A stretch of 64,000 bases of DNA from the NCBI GenBank assembly GCA_951406725.2, contig OX597819.1, positions 50,778,001 to 50,842,000 of the forward strand, read 5' to 3'. The stretch is from Octopus vulgaris. Taxonomy: Eukaryota. Below are positions 13,925 to 26,539 of this stretch, piece by piece. A program made the translations under genes and the position numbers. Below the pieces are notes generated by a model, which saw nothing but the letters and a program-made list of their open reading frames with translations, had not been told where the DNA came from and made no database searches. Position 1 is the first letter of the stretch, and each line of letters opens with the position of its first letter.

Positions 13925-15313
13925 AGGAGAAGAAGATAGAGATATGCATCAACTAGATCTGTAATTCTGTCAAAAATCGGGTTTAAGATTGTGTCTTTAC
14001 GTTCTAAGTTCAATTCCTATCAAAGTTCATTTTGCCTTTCACCCTTAGGGTCAATAAAATAGGACACCAGTCTAATTAATGGTATCGATATAATATAATC
14101 GACTTATCCGTCAATCCCCACCTCCATGAAATTGCTGGCATTGCACCAAAATTTGAAACCGATATGATAAATTAAACTCCGCACCTAAATTGCTGGAACG
14201 CTATGTCTAATTTAGAAGTAATTATCATTGTTGTTGTGGAGTGACAGAATTCCTTGCAGTATTAAGGCGGCTAGCTGGCAGAAACGTTAGCGTGCCGGGC
14301 GAAATGCGTAGCAGTATTTCGTCTGTCTTTACGCTCTGAGTTCAAATTCCGTCGAGGTTGACGTTGCCTTTCATCCGTTCTGGGTCGATAAATTAAGTAC
14401 CAGTTGCGTGCTGGTGTCAATCTTATCGACTGGCCCACTCGCCCAAAATTTCGGGCCTTGTGTCTAGAGTAGAAAAAAAATTCCTTGCAGTATTTGTTGT
14501 AACTCAAAACATTGTGATTTCAAATCCTGTTGAAATTAACTTTACTTTTTATTTATTCATTTTTTTTTTACCGTGATCTCCCAAATCAATTACCAGTCAA
14601 ATACTGCGGCCGATTTAACCGAGCAAATCTTGCCCTTAAATTTCTGGCTTTACTCCAGTTTTAGGAACAAATTATTGTTCGTGTTGCTATTGTTATTGTT
14701 GGTCTCGTTATCTTGGTCTAAAGCGATAAGTATTAGTGGAGATGACAGAATAGAGAGAGGAACAAAGAAATGTGAACAGAATTTATTAAAACAATGAGGT
14801 GATGGTGTTGGTGTTGGCGGAGACGATGTTGATGTTGATGAAGGCGCTAGAGGTGCAGCTGGTGTTGGTGGCGGCGGCGGCGGCGGCGGTGGTACTGTTG
14901 GTGATAAAGATGATGGTGAAGGATGTTGCAAAAGAAGAGTCAGAGCATCAGTGGTTGAAGATTTTGACGCGCCGAAATGACGCATTCATTACAATATATC
15001 GGATCCATAGAACTAAGAACAAAACAAACAAATAAAACAAAAGAAAAAAAATAAGCACAAACTAAAGCAAAAGCAACTATAATACAAAATAAAATTGTAT
15101 GAATAAAATACTATGAAATATAATAATGGAATAGACATAAAAATAATAAGTAAACAAATAAATACCAAGCAATGTATATAGATTATTTGACCCAAACTGA
15201 CCTTGAAAGACTGTCAGATATACGGTGTGTGTGTGTGTGTATGGGGGGGGTGTTATCGGAAGGAAAGAAATATTTTTCCATAATACTTGCACACACACAG
15301 ACACGCAGACGCA

Positions 15314-15377
<64 letters not shown>

Positions 15378-15499
15378 TATACATATATATACATACACAC
15401 ACACATAGATATATGTATATGTGTGTGTGAGTGTCTGAGAGGGTTTGTATGCGAATACACACACTCACACAGGGACATATATATATTTATATATATATG

Positions 15500-15567
<68 letters not shown>

Positions 15568-16035
15568 TATATATATGCGTGTATGTATATGTATATGTAC
15601 ATACATACACTCATGAATGGGAATATGTTTGTATATACCCATACACATATGTGTGTGGATGTGTTTTTGTGTGTTTCTGTGTTTCTGTGTGTCTCTCATT
15701 TTGTCTGTGTGTCTATGTTCAGAGATCCGATGTAAACAGTTGCAATCGCATATTTTGATGCATAAGTATATATATATTTGCATATGCATACGCACAGGCA
15801 CGCACAACATATGCATACATACATACATACAAAATGTCATATAAGCGTTGAGATACAGTATATGGGTGTATATTTCAGTTCAAATGCGTATGTATAAACA
15901 CTAAGGAACAGACACCATCATTTCCGCCATGTTTGCAGCAGTGTAATGGCAACAAAAGCGTTGAGAACGATTACAATATCAACAGTAGCAACACCAACAG
16001 ATGTAAGAAAAGGAAGAAGAAGGAGAAGGAAGAAG
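11782..16035. repeat. Tandem duplication, unit 2154 bp (11782-13935 and 13936-~16035)
   Basis: Both units start ATAGAGATATGCATCAACTAGATCTG and are colinear; ORF track repeats the same translations. Confidence 0.95.
12109..12323 (+). mobile_element. Full-length family C SINE with 16 bp TSD (second copy near 14264-14478)
   Basis: AATTCCTTGCAGTATT flanks both sides (12093-12108, 12324-12339); A-rich tail. Confidence 0.9.
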
Positions 16036-16640
16036 AAAAAGAAGAAGAAGAAGAAGAAGAAGAAGAAGAGGAGGAAGAAGAAGAAGAAGAAGAAGATGGA
16101 GAAGAAGAGGAAGATGATGAGGGAGAGGAATAGAAACGAAAGGAAAGAGGGAGGAGGAGGAGCGGGTAGAAGTAGAGGGCAAAGGAGATGGAGGAAGAAG
16201 GAGAAGAGAAGAAGGAAAAGGAGAAGAAAATGAGGAAGAGGAACAGAAACGAAAGGGAAGGAGAGAGGAAGCAGTAGAAGGAGGAGGAAGAAGTAGAAGT
16301 GGAAGAAGGAGAGGAGGAGGAACTGGTAGATGATGAAAATGAAGAAGGAAGAGTGGCGGGGGAGGAAGTGTGAAAACGAAGGAGAATTACTAGTAGTAGG
16401 AGGAGGAAGAAGATGACGAGGAGGAGAAAGAGGAATAGGAAGAATGAAGACAAAGAAGAAGGAGGAGGAAGATGAAGAAGAAAAAGAAGCGGAGAAGAGG
16501 CGGAAGAGGAGGTAGGAGAAGAAGAAGGGGAGAAAAAGGCGAAGAAGAGGAAGGTTAAGAAGGACGTGGGGGGAACGAAGAAATAGAAAGAGAGTAGGAG
16601 GAGGAACAAAAACAAGAACGAAAGCAACAAAAAAAACTAA
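16010..16640. repeat. Degenerate (GAA/GGA)n polypurine tract
   Basis: About 630 bp almost wholly purine on the plus strand. Confidence 0.9.
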
Positions 16641-16768
16641 ACAAAAATCGCCATGAGTACTACATCTATAACTACAACTATATAACTGAAATACCACTAC
16701 TAGAACAAGAACTACTACTAGTACTACCACTACTACTATTGTTCCTGCTAATGCAACTACTACTACTG

Positions 16769-16812
<44 letters not shown>

Positions 16813-17150
16813 GGCAATACCATTGCAAGGGACAAAGCAGGATTCAACAGGATCCGATACCACCACAGACAAGAATCATAATGACGATTATGATGAGAAG
16901 AAGGAAGAGGAGGGGGACCACGATGGGCAGTAGACTATGACGATTAAAATGAGGGGAAAGTATTGAAAATGGATGCATTCATGCACGAAAGCACACCACC
17001 ACACACATATACACGCACACGCAAACGCACACGCAGACACGCGCGCGTATATACACAAATATATATGCAAATATATATATGCACATAGGTATATTCATAA
17101 ATATATATATATATATATATATGCATACAAATATACACTCACTTACATAC

Positions 17151-17195
<45 letters not shown>

Positions 17196-17735
17196 GCCTT
17201 CGATCACTAAACGGTTATTCCCTTCTGTAAATTGTATGAGCTTTCATGTTCAGGAATTTTGTATTATTTCATATATTTGCTCACACCAGTTAATTTCATC
17301 TATATATACACAAACTACACGTTACTGCATTTACCGAGTACCAAACCCAGAAACAACTATAAATAATTCAGGCATTCATAAGGTTCTAGTACGAACTCTC
17401 TGGGGTTTTTTTTGTCTACCAATACATGAAGAACCACTACGAAGAACTACTTTCATTTTCCTTCCTATTTCTGTGACATGGACCTTCGGAATATATACAC
17501 ATCCACTAAGAATTACTATGAACTTACGCCTTCCTGATTTACGTGTTGTATCAACTTAATTACACGTTTATATATATATATATATATGAGTTTTTCTCGT
17601 CAGTCAATGAGCCAAAATATCATCGTGGTTTCGCGCCATTATCATTGAGACCACCCAATCTTGGAGGCACTAGTGTTGTTATTAAGCTACTGAGAAAAAG
17701 CTAGTGACTGTATACTGAGACAGAACACATACACA

Positions 17736-17781
<46 letters not shown>

Positions 17782-17839
17782 TATATATATATATATATAT
17801 ATGCATATATACATACATATATATGTATAGATACATGCA

Positions 17840-18480
17840 TATATGGGTACAGGACATCAAAGAAACCTTGAACACAATGAGAAACGAAAACATAAAAACA
17901 AAAACATAAAACGAACTTTTTTCGAACAACGAAAAAGAAACAACCAGATAAACGAGACATGCAACATAAAGATTATTCCCCTTCACCAGTTGTCCCTGTT
18001 TTATCTACTCCACGTTCGAAGGAAAGGACAAGATGCGACTCCGTTGAAACAGTCCTTCCAGCAAAGCAAATTAAATAAAATTTGGGATTTTTTGCGGAGG
18101 GTGAAAGTGGTAACACGAACAGGACAGTGAGAACAAAACAATAAAAACAAACGGTGAGGGCTGTTAAGTCAAGACGATAGAAAACTTATTATGAACGCTA
18201 CGAGGACAGCGTATGAGAGGAGACAGGTATAAGCATGTGTTGTCTTTAGGAAGGAAATAGGCAGAAAGATAGATTCCCCTTCGTCTCGTGTCAGCGACGA
18301 GAGGGTCAAGGAGGAAGAGTGAGAGCGAGGGAACGGTGAAGAGGAGAAGAGAAGAATAGGGAGGTGTGGGAGAGAAAACCAGAAAGCATGAAGAACAAGA
18401 GAGGGAGAGAGATAGACAGGGAAGGGATAGTAGAGATGGAAGAGTGCGCATCGTACTTATTGAGATAAAATCTACTTGGA
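17840..18480. mobile_element. Interspersed repeat adjoining (TA)n, possibly Penelope-related
   Basis: GGGTACAGGACATCAAAGAAAC...GAACACAATGAGAAACGAAAACATAAA recurs inverted at ~56960-57030 and partly at ~58450. Confidence 0.55.
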
Positions 18481-18579
18481 ATAGGATGCGTGGCGTTCGT
18501 TTGTTTTTACTGTCTTGTTCTCACTGTCCTGTTCTTGCGACCACTTTCACCCTCCGCGTAGAATATGGGCGTAGAATAT

Positions 18580-18945
18580 AGGCGTAGGAGTGGCTGCGTG
18601 ATAAATAGCTTGCAACCACATGGTTCCGAGTTCAGTCCCACTGCGTGGTACTTTGGGCAAGTGTCTTCTACTATAACCTCGGGCCTACCAAATCCTTGTG
18701 AGTGGATTTGGTAGACAGAAGCTGAAAGAAGCCCGTTGTATATGTGTATACATGTATATATATGTATGTGTGTCTGTGTTTGTTCCTCCAACATCGCTTG
18801 ACAACTGATGGTGGTGTATTTACGTCCCCGTAACTTAGCGGCTCGGCAAAAGAGACCGATAGAATAAGTACTAGGCTTACAAGGAATAAGTCCTGGGGTC
18901 GATTTGCCACAGTCAAATGACTGAAACAAGTAAAAGAGTAATAAA
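18580..18945 (+). mobile_element. Family B SINE
   Basis: tRNA-like head, CORE-like CTTTGGGCAAGTGTCTT, internal microsatellite, GTAAAAGAGT tail. Confidence 0.85.
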
Positions 18946-18966
18946 GAATTTATATATAGTGATAGA

Positions 18967-19048
<82 letters not shown>

Positions 19049-19053
19049 GTATA

Positions 19054-19105
<52 letters not shown>

Positions 19106-19226
19106 TATAATACTTTAATTGTTCCACGTCCTGCGTTGCTGTGTTTTTTCTCTTTTTTTTCTCTTTTTTTCTGTGTTTTCTTGTTTGGATTAACTTTATA
19201 TATATATATGTATGTATATATGTATG

Positions 19227-19266
<40 letters not shown>

Positions 19267-19279
19267 TACATATCATGGA

Positions 19280-19572
19280 CTCTCCCGTTGTCAGGCGACG
19301 TGTGAAGGTCCGATAGTTTCTTGCCGAACCACACAGATGATTTGTTTATAGTGATCAGATGTTTGTGTTCACATAAGCTCAATCCCTCCATCAAATCGAT
19401 ATTATCTGTAAACGTGCACCATGTGGCACATGTCAGATGACGAAACGATCGCAGTGCAAGGTGAAAATGAAGTGCTTTGCTCAAGAACACAACGCAACGC
19501 CGGTTCTGGAAATCGAATCAACGATCCCCTAATCGTGAGTGCAACATCCTAACCACTAAGCCATGCGCATTC
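19280..19572 (-). mobile_element. Family E tRNA-headed SINE
   Basis: TGCTCAAGAACACAACGC...CTAACCACTAAGCCA shared with 27560-27710 and, inverted, 56350-56610. Confidence 0.7.
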
Positions 19573-19573
19573 G

Positions 19574-19679
<106 letters not shown>

Positions 19680-21430
19680 GAAACACGCCCGCGCGTACAC
19701 ACAAATATGTACACAAATATATGCGCATACTTATATATACACATATATATACATGCATATATATACGTATGTATATGTTATGTATTATACATTACCGAGA
19801 GTGTACAACAAATCATAGAAGAGCAATTTTCGCAATGCAAAAATAAAAAAAAGACTTTTACATTCTCTGTATTTCTTAATAGTGCAGTCTTCTATAGTTG
19901 CAATAACCTCTGGCTATGTCCGTTTACACTATGGAAGTAACGCCCATCACACTCCAAGAGAGAGTAGATATGGCCTGCATACGGGACCCCGAATGGCCTT
20001 CGCAGATATGTGTGGGGGTCATAAGGTTCTCCGTTTTCCAAAAACTGAAAAAAAATAACTGAAAGAGGAGTTTGGCTTATGGCTGGGTGGCCCTAATAAG
20101 TCACACGCCACATTTTTGAATGAAGCATAGGGAATGGCGGGGTATGGGGTCATAAACGATACTGAAGATGATGGACATTAGTGTTAAATGGTAAGAGGCT
20201 TTGAAACCTCATCCTATTTTAAAGGAAATTGTTTTCAGGAAGCGGCGGTCGGCGGGCGCCGTTCGTTTCCCCCATTCATTCATATATTTTTCATTTCATC
20301 TCATTAGTGTAAATGTCCAGCCCGTAGCTACATCTGTGTAATGCTTTTGTGGCAAATTATATGAATAAAAGTAACGCCCGTCACATAGGAAATGGGATGC
20401 AAAAAATTGAATTTGAAATTAAGGAAGAGGAAGAAAATGGATAGAATTCACGTATCTGTTTCTTTTTCCTTTTCATATATTACACATGTCTTACAATTTC
20501 TAGATGTTTGTAATCCTGTATAGTACTATTTCATTACTCTTAGAAATCTTCAGCATGATGTAATCTGTAACTTGTTAATCAAATATATTGCGAAGGGAAA
20601 CATTTCATTAAAATCAAAGATAAAATCAATTACAGCATGGAGGAAATTCATGGATGTTTTCTCCTTTTTCTCTTCATAAACTACAACTGTTTATTAAACA
20701 TTGGTAGTTTAAGAATGGCGAGAAAGAGAGAGGGTTATTATTGTTTACGTACAGAATAATATCTGTTTTCAAGGAAATTTTAACTCGTGAAAATACATTA
20801 AAGGAGCCAATAGTTTCAATATCAGCTACAAAAGATTTCACGATCCCCACTTTTTAAATATATATTTTTGGAGGTGTAGACATTTTTTTAGATTGCTTTC
20901 TACGGGTAATTCTTCGCGTAGTCGAACGAGAACAGATTGATAAACGCTTGCACTCTGACCACCGTCAAATGTTTAAAGCAAATTCTTGCGAAGTCACTGC
21001 TTATTGTGATGTATTAAAAGGTTTTGCTGAACGTGTACGACCTTGGTTGGTGATACAACTCTACTGATATTGCACTGCAAGAATTTCGTCGTTGATAAAA
21101 TTCTCCTGCTTACTCTAATACTTTGGTAATGTGTCAGCGATTGGGTCAGACAACTGCGATTGCAATGGCGAACTGTTTTTTTTTTTGGCCTTTCATACGT
21201 TCAATTAAGTATTAAAATATAATTGAATATATGAATGCAAATAACAAATCAGCTTTTAATATAAATCTTTATTTAATGAGAGACAGCTGGAACTCTGTAC
21301 AAACATTATATGTTGCCAATTTCAATTATATGGCTTTGATATGTAATATTGTATGCGTTGGCTTGAATACAAGGCGTGGATGCTGTGTGTATATGTGTAT
21401 GTGTGTATGTGTGCGTGCGTAGTTAGACAA

Positions 21431-21508
<78 letters not shown>

Positions 21509-21667
21509 GGGCAAATGGATAAATAAAAGGAGAGGAAGAGCTCGAGCACAGAGAGCAAGTAAAATGAATAGGATATAGACAAGCACAAAAACACAAATCT
21601 CTCTTCGCCAGCTGTGATATGAAGTTCCGCGGTTTTGGTACGTTTAACGAGAGTATCGCTCACTTAC

Positions 21668-21740
21668 TTCAGTGTGTCAGTAAATATAATGTAGTCTACT
21701 TGGGGAAAGTGTAATGTGGACTTAAAATCTTTCGAACAAG
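21668..21740 (-). CDS. Candidate internal exon (73 nt) of an unknown minus-strand gene
   Basis: TTTCTTGCAG acceptor, GAA|GTAAGT donor; only the phase-1 frame is open (TCSKDFKSTLHFPQVDYIIFTDTL), matching the end phase of the 33484-33563 exon. Confidence 0.4.
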
Positions 21741-21823
21741 CTGCAAGAAACTCATATGAACATCAGGAAAAAAAAAACGATTTAACATAACAGATAAAAT
21801 TATAATACCGACCAATTCATGTA

Positions 21824-23081
21824 CGAGGGACGTTCAATAAGTAATGCCTCTGACCCACTTGCAGTTGTTTGATTTCGTTGAAATTTTGCATGTGCAATTA
21901 TTTATATCTCTATAGATTAAGTGGCAAATTACAGCTCTGAACTAATTGTGGTTTCTGATTTACAGGTGTTGAGTGTCGAGCAGTGATCCGGTTTTTGTAT
22001 TTGAACGGACGCACACCACGGGAGACTTTTGATGAAATGAAAGTAACTTATGGTGATGATGTCCCATCATATGACCTTGTAAAACGCTGGCATAGTGAAT
22101 TCAAACATGGTCGGAACTCTGTGGAAACAACTCCCAGATCTGGTCGCCCCTTCTGCCATTGATGAGGCATCTGTCCGTCAAGTTGGGGCTGCCATTTTGG
22201 AAGATCGACGCATAACTATTCGCCAAATAGCCCATGAGGTCAAGATTAGTACCGGGTCTGTGGAAACTATAATTCATGACCATTTGCATATGCAAAATGT
22301 GTCTGCCAGATGGATTCTCAGGCTGCTCACACCTTTCCAGAAGCAGGAACGCATCGAGTGCTTTAGGATGAATTTGGAGATGTGCCAAGGAAAAGAGTCA
22401 ACATTTTTCAAAAAACTGATTACACAGGATGAAACCTAGGTCCAGCACTATGATCCAGAGACCAAAGCCCAGTCAATGCAGTGGAAGCACCGTGACTCAC
22501 CTCCTCCAAAGAAGGCAAGGGTGCAGCTCTCCGCTGGCAAGGTCATGCTCACAGTCTTCGGGGACCAGGACGGAGTAGTGATGACAGATTTCCTGGCAAA
22601 GGGTACCACAATTACAGGAGCCTATTATGCTTCACTTTTGAGGAAATTAAGAGAAGCTATCAAAATCAAGAGGCGGGGCAAGATCAGCAAAGGCATCCTC
22701 CTCCTGCAGGACAATGCTCTGGTCCACAAATCGCGTCTCACCAGATCAGAAGCACAGGTGTGCGGCTATGAACTCCTCCCACATCCCCCTACTCTCCTGA
22801 CCTTGCACCCTCTGATTTTCACCTCTTCCCAGCCATGAAGTTGTTTTTGAAAGGAAAGCGTTTCCCGGATGATGTAGCCTTGATTTCTGAAGTCACGTCG
22901 TGGTTGTAGGACCAAGCTGGGGTCTTCTACAAAAACGGTCTTCAGAGCTGTATCAAACGATGGGAGAAATGCGTAACTCTGGGTTTTTCCTATGTAGAAA
23001 AAGACCAATAACTGTGCCAAGTTTCGTTGCTCTACTGCTATGGGAAGTGGGTCAGGGGCATTACTTATTGAACGCCCCTCG
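21824..23081 (+). mobile_element. Near full-length decayed mariner transposon (DD34D, irritans-like)
   Basis: TA TSDs at 21822-23 and 23082-83; ~37 bp TIRs CGAGGGACGTTCAATAAGTAATGCCTCTGACCCACTT with 2 mismatches; transposase motifs ARWI, QDET*VQHY, LLQDNA, HPP/YSPDLAPSDFHLF; stop at 22437 and frameshifts. Confidence 0.95.
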
Positions 23082-23329
23082 TATGAAGAATTATATAAAT
23101 TTGAGTGAGTCTTTGTGCTTGTGTCTGTTTCCTACTACCACTTGGCAACCGGAGTTGGTTTGTTTACGTCAGCGTAGCTTAGCAGTTCGGCAAAAGAGAC
23201 CGATAGAATGAGCATCAGATTTCCACAAATAAGTACTGGGTTTGATTCGTTCGTCGAAAGCCCCTCCAGACGGTGCTCCAAAATGACTGGGGTTCCAATG
23301 TTGAAACAAATAAAAGAATAAAAGAATAA

Positions 23330-23381
<52 letters not shown>

Positions 23382-23384
<3 letters not shown>

Positions 23385-23707
23385 CTCAGTGGTTAGAGCG
23401 TCGAGCTTACGATCGTGAGGTTGTGAGCTCGAATCCCGGACCGGGCTGCGTGTTGTGTTCTTGAGCAAGGCACTTTATTTCACGTTGCTCCAGTTCACTC
23501 AACTGTAGAAATGAGTTGCGACGTCACAGGTGCCAAGCTGTATCGGCCTTTGTCTTTCCCTTGGATAACACTGGTGGCGTGGGAGAGGGAGGCCGGTATG
23601 CATGGGCGACTGCTGGTCTTCCATAAACAACCTTGCCCGGACTTGTGTCTAGGAGGGTAACTTTCTAGGTGCAATCCCATGGTCATTCATGACCGAAGGG
23701 GGTCTTT
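23382..23707 (+). mobile_element. Family A SINE
   Basis: A box TGGCTCAGTGG, B-box-like GCTCGAATCC, CORE-like TGTGTTCTTGAGCAAGGCACTT. Confidence 0.9.
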
Positions 23708-23716
23708 ATATATATA

Positions 23717-24100
23717 TCTCTCTATATATAAACGGCAGTTTGTCTGTGCGTGTTTCTGTGTGTCTGTTTGCTTGTACCCTCACCCTGACCACGGCTTTCA
23801 ACCGATTCTGATGAAACTTGACACACACATAGCCCAATGTCATAATTCAAAACTAACGCAGCAAAAATTTTGAAAAGTTCCCCCAGTTCTGAAAAAAATC
23901 GATAAATTCGACATGGGGTCGAGAATCAGGAACTCAAACCACAAACTGTGTAGGGGACGCAACTCCACCTTTTTTAACTATCAAAAAAAAATTTACCATA
24001 ATTTTTTTCCATTTTTTTGCTATTTTTTGGCTATAACTCTCTAAAAATGCTTTATAGTTATTTCCCTTACAAACCTGAGCAACGCCGGGCGATACTGCTA

Positions 24101-24101
<1 letters not shown>
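23717..24101 (+). mobile_element. Non-autonomous Helitron-like element
   Basis: 5' TC after A; internal CAACCGATTCTGATGAAACTTG; subterminal hairpin-like CCTGAGCAACGCCGGG; 3' CTAG followed by T. Confidence 0.8.
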
Positions 24102-24146
<45 letters not shown>

Positions 24147-24147
24147 C

Positions 24148-25362
24148 AGGAAGCTTTATGAAAATAAACAAAAGACGAAGGCAGGTGGAAACAAACAAAC
24201 AATTGTATTAGTATGGCGCTCAGGAAATATAAATAAAACAAGTCTTTAACGTTTCGAGCCTACGCTCTTCAACAGAAAGATACACAGAGAGAAAAAAAAC
24301 ACAGAAAGAAGGAGAGAAAAAAATGCGTGCAGTAACTAACGAATCAACATGGCGATCTGATTTCGGCCAGAGGTCAAAGATCAAACATGAGACGCGAGAG
24401 CGAAATAAGGGGAGATAATAGGGTTGATAATAGGGTTGAATGACCAGCTATTAGTGCGTAGGAGAGGTCTGGACGTGTGTATGTATAGGGTTGGTGTATG
24501 TATTAGTATGTATTAGTATGTATAAGGGTGTGTGTGTGTGTGTGTGTGTATGAGAGAGTATTAGTGCGTATGATAGGTCTGGACGTGCGTATGTATGGGG
24601 TTGGTGTATGTATTAGTATGTATTAGTATGTATTAGTATGTATTAGTACGTATTAGTATGTATAAGTGTGTGTGTGTGTATGAGAGAGTATAAGTGCGTA
24701 TGAGAGGTCTGGACGTGTGTATGTATAGGGTTGGTGTATGTATTAGTATGTATTAGTATGTATTAGTATGTATTAGTTGGTGTATGTATTAGTATGGCAC
24801 ATCATATATGATGTGATGTGTAAAGTCGTGTGGTGTAGTGTGGAGAGAGGAGAAGAGGGGGAGAAGAGGGGGAGGAGAGGGGGAAGAGGAGAGGAGGGGG
24901 AGAGGGGAGAGAGAGGAGGGGGAGAAGGAAGGGGAGGCGGAGGGGGAGGAAGGAGGAAAGAGGGAGAGGGGGAGAGGGGGGAGAGAGGAGGGGGAGAGGG
25001 GAGAGAGAGGAGGAGGAGAAGGAAGGGGAGGCGGAGGGGGGAGGAAGGAGGAAAGAGGGAGAGGGGGAGAGAGAAGGGGAGTGAGGGAGCAGAGGGATGG
25101 GGAAGAGGGAAGGAGGGATGGAGAAAGAGGGAAGAAGGGAAGGGTAGTAGGGGTGAAAGGATGAAGGACTGAAGAAGTAGGGGTCGGGGGGGGGGATGAT
25201 AGGTGAGGAGGGGGAGAGGGGGGTTAGATGAGGAGGGGGGAGAGTTGAGACCAAATGGCGTATAAGAGCGAAGAGAGAAGATTAATTCCTGTTCACGGCG
25301 CAAACGGGAATCCGGATGGCCTCTGTGTAAGGACAAACCGAACACAGATAGGTGTTGCAAGG
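24148..25362 (-). mobile_element. 5'-truncated Penelope-like retroelement
   Basis: 25360-25244 encodes LQHLSVFGLSLHRGHPDSRLRREQELIFSLRSYTPFGLN (GIY-YIG C-terminal RE..I..L....P.GLN); then pyrimidine tract, ~115 bp subrepeats, terminal repeat with hammerhead motif at 24243-24280; (TA)n on both sides. Confidence 0.85.
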
Positions 25363-25479
25363 AATATATATATATAAAAGTATATATGCATGTATGTATG
25401 TATGTATGTATGTATGTATGTATGTATGTATTTATCTAAGTAACTATGTATGTATGTTAACAAGTCGCTTTCTTTTTAG

Positions 25480-25900
25480 TCTCCTGCATTTCAAATGCTA
25501 TATGAGGAACTTGTTAGTGGAAAGTGACCCCTGCTGAAGCTATGACTGCAACTTAAGGACTCTGTGAAGTCCACACTAAAGGCCTGTGAAATGTGGGAGG
25601 TTGACAGAGGGGAGCACTGCTTGTAATTGCCACAGATGGAGGGAACAGGTAAAGGAGGGACTTAATACCTTTGAAAGAGCACGTATTCTTCATGAAGAAT
25701 TTAAGCGTGCTTCTCGGAAATGCACTGCTAGTGTAATGAATGGGGAATGCATGGTCTGTAATGTTTACAGTCGTATATGTTTGTCAAGAGCAGGGCTCGT
25801 TAGTCCCCAACGGAGCCGTAAGGGTAAAGTATAAGGTAGTCTTGAGTGCATAGTGTTCCTAAAGGTCAGTAATGGATATCCTTGGTCACGAGTGGACGGC
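25480..25900 (+). mobile_element. 3' end of a decayed RTE-clade LINE
   Basis: LYEELVSGK, LKDSVKSTLKAC, RWREQVKEGLNTFERAR and C-terminal zinc-finger remnant CNVYSRICLSRAGLVS. Confidence 0.8.
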
Positions 25901-26089
25901 TATTATGTATGTATGTATGTAACTGAGTCAGTATGTCTTTGTGTGCCAGTGTGCATGTGTCACGCAGTATGAGGTGAGAAAAGAAAGAAAACGAGAGGAA
26001 ATGTGAGCGATACACACACACACACACACAAACACACACATATATGTGTGGGTTTTTGCGTGTTTGTGTACATAGGCATATATATATAC

Positions 26090-26508
26090 TCTTTTACTCT
26101 TTTACGCTTTTACTTGTTTCAGTCATTTGACTGCGGCCATGCTGGAGCACCGCCTTTAGTCGAGCAAATCGACCCCAGGACTTATTGTTTGTAAGCCTAG
26201 TACTTATTCTTTCGGTCTTGATTGCCGAACCGCTAAATTACGGGGACGTTAACACACCAGCATCGGTTGTCAAGCAATGTTGGGGGACAGACACAGACAC
26301 ACAAACGTATACACACACATACATATAAATATATATACATGTATACGACGGGCTTCTTTCAGTTTTCGTCTACCAAATCCACTCACAAGGCATTGGTCGG
26401 CCCGAGGCTATAGTAGAAGACACTTGCCCAAGATACCACGCAGTGGGAATGAACCCGGAACCATGTGGCTGGTAAGCAAGCTACTTACCACACAACCACT
26501 CCTACGCC

Positions 26509-26510
<2 letters not shown>
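26090..26510 (-). mobile_element. Full-length family B SINE
   Basis: All family blocks present, low divergence from other copies. Confidence 0.9.

Positions 26511-26539
<29 letters not shown>

Noticed and set aside
15918-16847. 309 aa ORF, among the longest in the track
   Set aside because: Antisense reading of (GAA)n and (TAC)n tracts, which lack stops for compositional reasons.
23382-23450. tRNA-like sequence (also at 54090, 56190, 62230)
   Set aside because: SINE heads: no intact acceptor stem and they run straight into SINE bodies.
23600-23700. HDV-like ribozyme in the family A SINE tail
   Set aside because: A GGGCGA/TTGCCC helix exists, but L3 length and the P2 and J4/2 elements do not fit.
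24450-24790. Repeat-spacer pattern reminiscent of CRISPR
   Set aside because: Intervening sequence is simple repeat rather than unique spacers; eukaryotic context; no cas genes.
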